DNA of 64,000 nucleotides from an uncultured Staphylococcaceae bacterium (GTDB lineage Bacteria; Bacillota_I; Bacilli_A; RFN20; CAG-826): NCBI GenBank assembly GCA_964497235.1, contig CAZCCJ010000009.1, positions 2,701 to 66,700 of the forward strand, read 5' to 3'. Shown piece by piece: positions 58,036 to 64,000 of this stretch (position 1 is its first letter; each line of letters starts with the position of its first letter). The notes under the pieces were generated by a model. It saw only the letters and a program-made list of their open reading frames with translations, ran no database searches and was not told where the DNA came from. The position numbers and the translations under genes were made by a program.

Positions 58036-60416
58036 GATGAGACCCCCAAATCGTATAAGGAGAGGCTTTTGATGGAGGTGCTAGGGCCAGCGGAGAAAAG
58101 CGAGAGCCCTCCTGCGGAAAGATCTTGGGTATAAGCGCGTGCGGAGATCGTTTTCGAATCGTTGAAGAAAGCCTCCACCGCGGAGTTGTCCACGAAGAGG
58201 TCGAGCTTCGCCTGGGCGTCAAGAGCAAGAGGCCCGCTGGCTTTGCTCCCGGAGACCTTCGAACTCCTCTTGTTGAGTTCGGGATTGATTGAAACGAGCT
58301 CCTCTTCGGCATTGAAGACGATTTCGGTCTTCTCATCCTTATCGCTAGAGACGAGGGCGGAGACGCCGAAAGAGGCATCCCCTGCGTAATTTGCGAACTC
58401 GACGCTCATGCGGTAGGCTCGCCCAGAGAAGGAAGACAAGGCGCTATTTGCCTCGCTTAGGCTCGTTTCGCCTAGCTCAAGCACCTTTTTCCCACTATTT
58501 AGGGCGCTAGGGACGGGCTTTATGAGGAGCTTGCCGTCTTTGATGGTCAATTCGCGGTAAAGCCCAACGTTATGTGCCCAGCCGGAGGAGGCGTGTTCGC
58601 CGGATTCCCTTTGGTCCTGCATGACGCTAGCCATGTAGACTTTGTTGGTGAGGGGGTCGACGAAGGCGCTTGGGCCGGTGAAAACGTTGTTCCCGTAGTC
58701 CATCCTCTCGGGGTTACCATAGGTATCGGGGATGAAACGGTAGCTGCTTTTGTCGAAGGAGCCGATCCAATAGACGATGTTGTTGTCGGCGGTTTCCGCC
58801 GGGGCAGGGGAGATGATGAGGATATATTTGCCACTGTCTTTTCCATCTTGCTCGCTTAAAGGAAGCAAGACGGGAAGCTCCCAAACCGAGCCCAGCGAAC
58901 TATCTTGCTCGGGATAATCGAAAAGCACCCCGCGGTATGTCCAATGGTGCATCGGGTCGTTCTCTTTCTTATCTGCGGTATAAAGCAAGACGCAGCCTTT
59001 GCCGCTATCTAATCCGCTGCCGACAGTCATGTAGTAAGTATCGTCTTCGATATGGATGTTCGCGTCGCGGAATTCCCCGGTTCTCCCTTGGCCCTGTTGC
59101 TGGGCGAGGGCGAGCTTTGGGCTGATCTCCCATTCCTTGAGATAGGGATCGTTTGGATCCTTGGGCGTGGCAAGCCCGATGTTTTGGTTGGAGATGAGTC
59201 CGCTATGGGCATAATCCCCCGCGGTGAAAAGCAAGACAGGGACGTCTTCGACGCCGTTTACGGTTGCGTAGGTCGACCCGCCGCTCCATACCCCATCAGG
59301 GCAAACCGAGCCAATGGTCGGGACGATCGCTTCTTGGACTTGCTTCCAATGCATCATGTCCTCACTCACGAGATGGCCCCAGCGGATGCCGGAAGCGCCG
59401 TTGAAATAGGGGCCGAGGGGGTTGGACTGAAAGAAAAGATGGTAGATGCCTTTATAATAGATCGGCGCATGGGGCTCATTCATCCAATGCTCACTTGGGC
59501 CGCCATGGTAAGTCACGTGGTCGGCGTCGCTATTCCTGAGGTCGTCTTGCAACCAGATATCCTCGAAGGATATGGAGGGGATGCCATTAGAGGCAACTTC
59601 TTTGTATTCGCTGCCTATTTCTTTGCCACTAGCTGCCTTTTTGCTGAGCTTCACTTCGTCTAATAGCCCGCTTACTACGCCCTGCAGGCAAGAACCGCTA
59701 GTGGAGCTCACCGACGATTTGCCGACGTAGAGAGGGCTGTCGATTTTTTGGATGGAGGAGCCTTTGGGGATGTCTAGCCTATCGATGAGACGTCCATTGA
59801 GGTAAAGGCGCATCTCGCCGCTATTCCCGTCGAACACTCCCGCGACGTGGTTCCATTCCATTAAAGAAAGCTCGATTTCCTCGCTATTTACCGAATACCA
59901 GTTTTCCCCGGTGCCGACGGAGAAGATGAAGTTGCCTGGGCGGTGGTAGCCAAGCACAAACCCCGCGCTATAGGAATCGTCGTGATAGTACTGGGAGACG
60001 ATGCCGGTTAGGTAGGTGGCGTCTTTGATGTTGGTCGCGCTGTCGTCGTAATCATAGGCCCTGGGGGCGACCCAAGCGGAGACGGTGAGGGACTTCCCTT
60101 CGATGGAAAGCTTCTCGGATGGGTAAGAGAGATAGGTGCTGTAACCGTCGAAAAGGAGAGCCTCTCCTTTTACCCCGCTTTTGTATGAAGGGTAGATGGG
60201 CGAAAGCAAGGAGGCGCTGTCCTTATAGACGGAAGAGAGGGTGACGTCCTCTTGCTTCCCCGAGGAATCGGCGACGAGATAATCCTTGCGTTTAGAGAAG
60301 GCAAGGTGCAGACATTCGGAATCGTCACTTGGCTTGTCCTTGGATGAAGAGGTGCCACATCCATAGAGAGAGACGCAGGTTAACAGCGAAGCCAGCAGGA
60401 AAGACTCTTTGCGCAT
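58032..60416 (-). CDS. Lipoprotein: LamG-like domain + WMNE-type GH32 (endo-inulinase / CFTase-like)
   Basis: Lipobox SLYGC (start 60416); GVKGEALLFDGYSTY..WVAPR; HWMNEPHAP, DGVWSG, EFRDA, VWELP, GWAHN. Confidence 0.85.
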   Translation of the reverse strand: MRKESFLLASLLTCVSLYGCGTSSSKDKPSDDSECLHLAFSKRKDYLVADSSGKQEDVTLSSVYKDSASLLSPIYPSYKSGVKGEALLFDGYSTYLSYPSEKLSIEGKSLTVSAWVAPRAYDYDDSATNIKDATYLTGIVSQYYHDDSYSAGFVLGYHRPGNFIFSVGTGENWYSVNSEEIELSLMEWNHVAGVFDGNSGEMRLYLNGRLIDRLDIPKGSSIQKIDSPLYVGKSSVSSTSGSCLQGVVSGLLDEVKLSKKAASGKEIGSEYKEVASNGIPSISFEDIWLQDDLRNSDADHVTYHGGPSEHWMNEPHAPIYYKGIYHLFFQSNPLGPYFNGASGIRWGHLVSEDMMHWKQVQEAIVPTIGSVCPDGVWSGGSTYATVNGVEDVPVLLFTAGDYAHSGLISNQNIGLATPKDPNDPYLKEWEISPKLALAQQQGQGRTGEFRDANIHIEDDTYYMTVGSGLDSGKGCVLLYTADKKENDPMHHWTYRGVLFDYPEQDSSLGSVWELPVLLPLSEQDGKDSGKYILIISPAPAETADNNIVYWIGSFDKSSYRFIPDTYGNPERMDYGNNVFTGPSAFVDPLTNKVYMASVMQDQRESGEHASSGWAHNVGLYRELTIKDGKLLIKPVPSALNSGKKVLELGETSLSEANSALSSFSGRAYRMSVEFANYAGDASFGVSALVSSDKDEKTEIVFNAEEELVSINPELNKRSSKVSGSKASGPLALDAQAKLDLFVDNSAVEAFFNDSKTISARAYTQDLSAGGLSLFSAGPSTSIKSLSLYDLGVSS

Positions 60417-60418
60417 AC

Positions 60419-61324
60419 TTATCCTTTCACCCCGCTGAAGCTTACACCGTCGACAATCCATTTCTGGAAGAAAATGTAGACGAGGGCGATGGGGATGGTC
60501 GAAATCGTGAGAGCGCACATTGTGACGGCGATGTTCGAGGGGTTGTAGTTGTTGACTAGTTGCAAGAAGACCTGCAAAGGCTGCATCTCGGGGTCATTGA
60601 ACATCAGCTGTGCGAAGATGTACTCGTTCCATTGGCCCATGAAAGTGAAGATCGCGGCCGTGGCGAAGATGGGCAAGGACAAAGGCAAGGCGATTTTGAA
60701 GAAAATGCCAAGTCTAGAGCAGCCATCCAGCCTAGCGGCTTCCTCGATTTCCTTTGGGATTGAGAGGAAGTACTGGCGGAACATGTAGGTGTACATAGGC
60801 GAGCAGAACCCAGGCAGCAAGTAGCCGATGATGTTAAGGCCTTTCTTTAACAAGCCGAGGCGGTAGAGGATGACGTAGGTAGGGATGACGCTCGTCTCGA
60901 CGGGCACGAGCATCACGAGGATGATGAAGGTGCGGATGGTTTTCGAGAAGGGGAAGTCGTAACGCGCCAAGGCATAGCCGGCGAGGGAGTTGATGAGCAA
61001 GACAGCGACGATCTCGATGCCGCAATAAAGGATACTGTTGAGGATGGAGCGGCCGAAGTTCTCGAAAGTGGAGAAGAGTAAGCCGTAGGAGGTCCACCAT
61101 TTGCTGATGTCCCAAGTGCTTGGGAAGAAGGTTGCAAAGGAAGAGATGGTCGAATAGACATCCTCCTTGGTCTTGAAGGAATTGCTCACCATCCAAAGGA
61201 TCGGGAAGGTGAAGATGACGACGAGCACCAGCATGAGGAGGTATTTGGCGATTCCTAAAGCGACTCTCCTAGCTTGCCTTGGGGATACCTTTTTCTTGTT
61301 TCTGGATAAAGCTGTGCTACTCAT
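60419..61324 (-). CDS. Carbohydrate ABC permease (MalG-like)
   Basis: EIEEAARLDGCS; QWNEY; ends GVKG. Confidence 0.95.
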   Translation of the reverse strand: MSSTALSRNKKKVSPRQARRVALGIAKYLLMLVLVVIFTFPILWMVSNSFKTKEDVYSTISSFATFFPSTWDISKWWTSYGLLFSTFENFGRSILNSILYCGIEIVAVLLINSLAGYALARYDFPFSKTIRTFIILVMLVPVETSVIPTYVILYRLGLLKKGLNIIGYLLPGFCSPMYTYMFRQYFLSIPKEIEEAARLDGCSRLGIFFKIALPLSLPIFATAAIFTFMGQWNEYIFAQLMFNDPEMQPLQVFLQLVNNYNPSNIAVTMCALTISTIPIALVYIFFQKWIVDGVSFSGVKG

Positions 61325-62264
61325 TTTTGTCGTCCCCCAAAATCTTTCTTAGCCCCAAGCTCACCGAGGCGATGACAATGGTGAAAAGCAAGGCAATCGC
61401 GCTTGAATAGCCAACGTCAAGGAATTCGATGCCGTTAATATAAATGTAATAGGATAGAGTCATGGTGGAGTCTAGCGGACCGCCTTGCGTCATGACCATC
61501 GGTTGGATGCAGATGCGGAAGGCTCCGATTAGCATCGTGATCAAGACGAAGACTCCAGTGGGTTTGATGGCGGGCATGGTGACGTGTAAGAAACGCCCAA
61601 AAGGCCCCGCCCCATCGATTTTCGCGGCTTCATAAAGCGTGGGGTCGACGTTTTTCAAAGCGCTAAGGAAGATAAGCATTTGATAGCCAGCTCCCTGCCA
61701 AACGGAGATGAAAATGATGCAGCCCATCGCCATGTTCGGGTCGTCTAGGAAACCCAATGAGGAGAATCCCATTGCATTGAGGAGACTGTTGATAAGACCG
61801 TTTTGGGAATTAAGCAGGTTCATCCAAAGCATGCTTGTGACGGCGAGACTCAGGATGACGGGCATGAAGAAGGCGGTGCGGAAGAAAGCGGAGAAATGGC
61901 GGGTGCTGTTAAGTAGCAAGGCCAATCCCAGCGCTAAGCCATACTGCAAGGGCATGACCACGACGACGAAGATCATTGTGTTTCCGAAGGCCTTCCACAT
62001 CTTCTCGTCTGCGAAAGCGCGGACGAAATTGTCGAAGCCAATGAAATTCACTTTGTCCAAGCGGAGCATGTTCGCGTCGGTGAAGGCATAGGCCAGTGAG
62101 ATGACGATCGGGAGGAGGACGAAGACGAATCCGAGGATTACCGCTGGCAAAACGAACAGCAAGCCGGTGATGGACTCCTCCTTGTTGTATTTGTGGCCGA
62201 AAAAGCGGAAGTCAGGGCTTCTGCTTTTTCTTTTCATCAAAGCCGCCTCGCTTTTCATGGGCAA
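61317..62264 (-). CDS. Carbohydrate ABC permease (MalF-like)
   Basis: FIGFDNF; LYEAAKIDGA; TMPAIKPT. Confidence 0.95.
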   Translation of the reverse strand: MPMKSEAALMKRKSRSPDFRFFGHKYNKEESITGLLFVLPAVILGFVFVLLPIVISLAYAFTDANMLRLDKVNFIGFDNFVRAFADEKMWKAFGNTMIFVVVVMPLQYGLALGLALLLNSTRHFSAFFRTAFFMPVILSLAVTSMLWMNLLNSQNGLINSLLNAMGFSSLGFLDDPNMAMGCIIFISVWQGAGYQMLIFLSALKNVDPTLYEAAKIDGAGPFGRFLHVTMPAIKPTGVFVLITMLIGAFRICIQPMVMTQGGPLDSTMTLSYYIYINGIEFLDVGYSSAIALLFTIVIASVSLGLRKILGDDKNE

Positions 62265-62265
62265 A

Positions 62266-63621
62266 TTAAGCGCGTGCGGAGTCGACGGCGCTCATCTCCT
62301 TTTGAATCTTGTTCTTGAGGTTGTAATCGCTGACCGAGTTCATGTTCTTGATGTAACTTAGAACCTCTTGGTAGGCGTTCTTAAGACGCGGGTATTTCGC
62401 CATCTTCGGTCGGGTGATGGTGTTGGCGTTGAGATAGTCGTTGAGCGATTTGGCCGCCCCCGTTTGAAGTTCCTCGAGCGTGGAAAGGGAACTTTTGTGG
62501 GTCGGGAAGGTGCCGATCGCGTTATACATCATCTCGCTGGCGTCCTTGCCGGTCAGATAACTGACGGCGAGAGCGGCTGCCTCGACGTCCTTGGCGTCGC
62601 GCGTCACTCCGAATCCATAGGATCCGCAGGGGGTGGAGACGATGCTGCTCTTGTTGCCGGAAGCGTCCTCATAGACGGGCATCGGCATGATTCCATAATG
62701 GTCGGCGATTGAGTAAGTGCCCGTCTTGATGGAACTGAGGTGCCAAGGGCCGTAGATTTCGAAAGCAACGTCGTCAGCCTCTTGGAGGAAGGCGTAGTCG
62801 TTAGAGCCGCTGTAGGACCAGGATTCCCCGTCGGAAAGCCCGTCTTTGGTGAAGAACATCTCGAACTGGGAGATGCCCGCAACCGCTTTGTCGCTGGTGA
62901 GGGCCTCCGCGACGTGATTGTCGGTTCCGAAAGTCGCGCCGGCGCTGTAGACAAGAGGACTGTAGAGATACATATAGCCGTCGGTCCCAAAGCCGAGGTT
63001 CAATTTGATTTTATAGGCTTTCTGGGCGGCTTTTAGCTTCACCATCGCCTCTTTCACGTCTTTCCATGACCAAGGGTTGTCAAGCGTGCCGAAGTCACTG
63101 TCGGTGTATCCGACTTCCTTGAGGATCTTTTTGTTGTAGTAGAGACCGCCGGGAGCCTCCATGCCGCTGAGGGCATAGAGTTTGCCGTCGATCGTGCTTT
63201 GTTCGATGACGGAGTTGACATAATCGCTCTTGGTCTCCTCGCTCAGCTTGTCGCCGAAGGAGACGAGGATGTTGTTGGTGACTTTGGCGGTGATGTCAGG
63301 GGCGTCGACGGCGAGGACGTCGGGGAGCCCGCTGGTCAAAAGGGCGCCGGTGACTTTGGTGTCGAGGGTCGAGCCATAGAACTCCATGTTCATGCGAAGG
63401 CTTGCGCCGTTAGAGGTTTTGATCCCAGCTTTGTTAAAATTGTCTTTAATCTGCTTATAGACCTTTCCTTCAGGTTCGTCTTGGGACTTGTGCACCCAGA
63501 CGGTGACCACTTTAGTGGTTCCGTCCTCATTCGCGTTTCCGCCGTTGCCGCTGTTCTGACCGCAGCCGACGAGGGTGGCCGTGGTCATCAAAACTAGGCT
63601 TAATTTAAGAACGTTTTTCAT
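62266..63621 (-). CDS. Sugar ABC solute-binding lipoprotein (fructo-oligosaccharide, inferred)
   Basis: Start 63621 with ggagg RBS; lipobox LVGC; LPDV, DGKLYAL, YYNK, GPW. Confidence 0.9.
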   Translation of the reverse strand: MKNVLKLSLVLMTTATLVGCGQNSGNGGNANEDGTTKVVTVWVHKSQDEPEGKVYKQIKDNFNKAGIKTSNGASLRMNMEFYGSTLDTKVTGALLTSGLPDVLAVDAPDITAKVTNNILVSFGDKLSEETKSDYVNSVIEQSTIDGKLYALSGMEAPGGLYYNKKILKEVGYTDSDFGTLDNPWSWKDVKEAMVKLKAAQKAYKIKLNLGFGTDGYMYLYSPLVYSAGATFGTDNHVAEALTSDKAVAGISQFEMFFTKDGLSDGESWSYSGSNDYAFLQEADDVAFEIYGPWHLSSIKTGTYSIADHYGIMPMPVYEDASGNKSSIVSTPCGSYGFGVTRDAKDVEAAALAVSYLTGKDASEMMYNAIGTFPTHKSSLSTLEELQTGAAKSLNDYLNANTITRPKMAKYPRLKNAYQEVLSYIKNMNSVSDYNLKNKIQKEMSAVDSARA

Positions 63622-63635
63622 CGCATTTCCTCCAA

Positions 63636-63649
63636 TGAAAGTGCTTTCA
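63636..63649. promoter_or_regulatory. LacI/cre-type palindromic operator
   Basis: TGAAAG-TG-CTTTCA, 15 bp upstream of the operon start. Confidence 0.7.
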
Positions 63650-63683
63650 CGACTTAATCTTAAGCGTTCTAATAGCAAAATCA

Positions 63684-63699
63684 ATGGAAATGTTTCCAT
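63684..63699. promoter_or_regulatory. Second LacI-type palindromic operator
   Basis: ATGGAAA-TG-TTTCCAT. Confidence 0.7.
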
Positions 63700-64000
63700 A
63701 TTTTTAAAATTCATTATCCGAGGATAAAAATGTCTTTCTTTTAAGATGTGAAAAAGGTTTCTTTCCTAAACTGCGAACAAGTAATTTTTATTTGATGATA
63801 GGCTAAGATGGCGAATCTGCGCCTTTTAGAAAGGAAATAAATAATGAGCCCGAAAGTCTATGTCCCTTCTTTCGACTACATGTTCGGAGGAGATGGGGGA
63901 GTGGCCCACTTCGGATTCATCTTCTTCCTCAGCCTCGTCTATGGGATCATGCTGATTGATTTCATCTAGAAGACATAAACGGATAAGGTCAACTTTTGCG

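Noticed and set aside
237-63597. Numerous short ORFs antisense to or overlapping long genes in the six-frame track
   Set aside because: They are shadow frames of well-supported genes, with no RBS or recognisable motifs, and are most frequent in the GC-rich island as expected by chance.
63845-63970. 41-aa hydrophobic ORF MSPKVYVPSF...
   Set aside because: No recognisable family or clear RBS, and it lies at the window edge; cannot be supported.
1-64000. Genetic code 4 (Mollicutes-type TGA=Trp)
   Set aside because: Many genes end at TGA with coupled downstream starts, and conserved Trp residues use TGG.
1-64000. Integrase, transposase or conjugation genes explaining the island features
   Set aside because: No tyrosine/serine recombinase, DDE, relaxase or T4SS motifs were recognised in any ORF.

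Overview
64-kb accessory region of a bacterium using genetic code 11. The many lipoproteins, C-terminally anchored surface proteins and CcpA-type cre boxes suggest an uncultured gut or rumen Bacilli lineage (RF39/RFN20-like; inference). Four blocks are present. (1) 1-24 kb: cargo genes (4-repeat lipoprotein, trehalase-like GH, two paralogous secreted helical toxin-like proteins, GH1, FucU, ABC ATPase, GH95) interleaved with at least six AT-rich AAA-ATPase genes or remnants. Five are of the AAA_14/DUF4143 type: three intact, one frameshifted, one reduced to its two ends. Most are preceded by their own 23- or 32-bp-period direct-repeat triplet and/or an inverted repeat with an 18-bp spacer, and one is bracketed by a 56-bp direct repeat. 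(2) 24-42.7 kb: an AraC-linked Gram-positive polysaccharide-utilisation locus headed by an MptpB-like phosphatase lipoprotein, with a sugar ABC transporter, DUF4838-like protein, GH127 and large Ig-like surface proteins. (3) 42.7-48.1 kb: AlbA_2/Schlafen-like ATPase, SpoT-type HD hydrolase, SGNH hydrolase, XRE protein and GH37 trehalase. (4) 48.3-64 kb: a GC-richer fructan locus (three GH32, two non-catalytic CBM38-like proteins, ABC transporter, LacI, fructokinase) that begins just after a tRNA-3'-end-like att scar. No rRNA, intact tRNA, CRISPR array, integrase or transposase was recognised. All family assignments come from motif recognition, not database searches.
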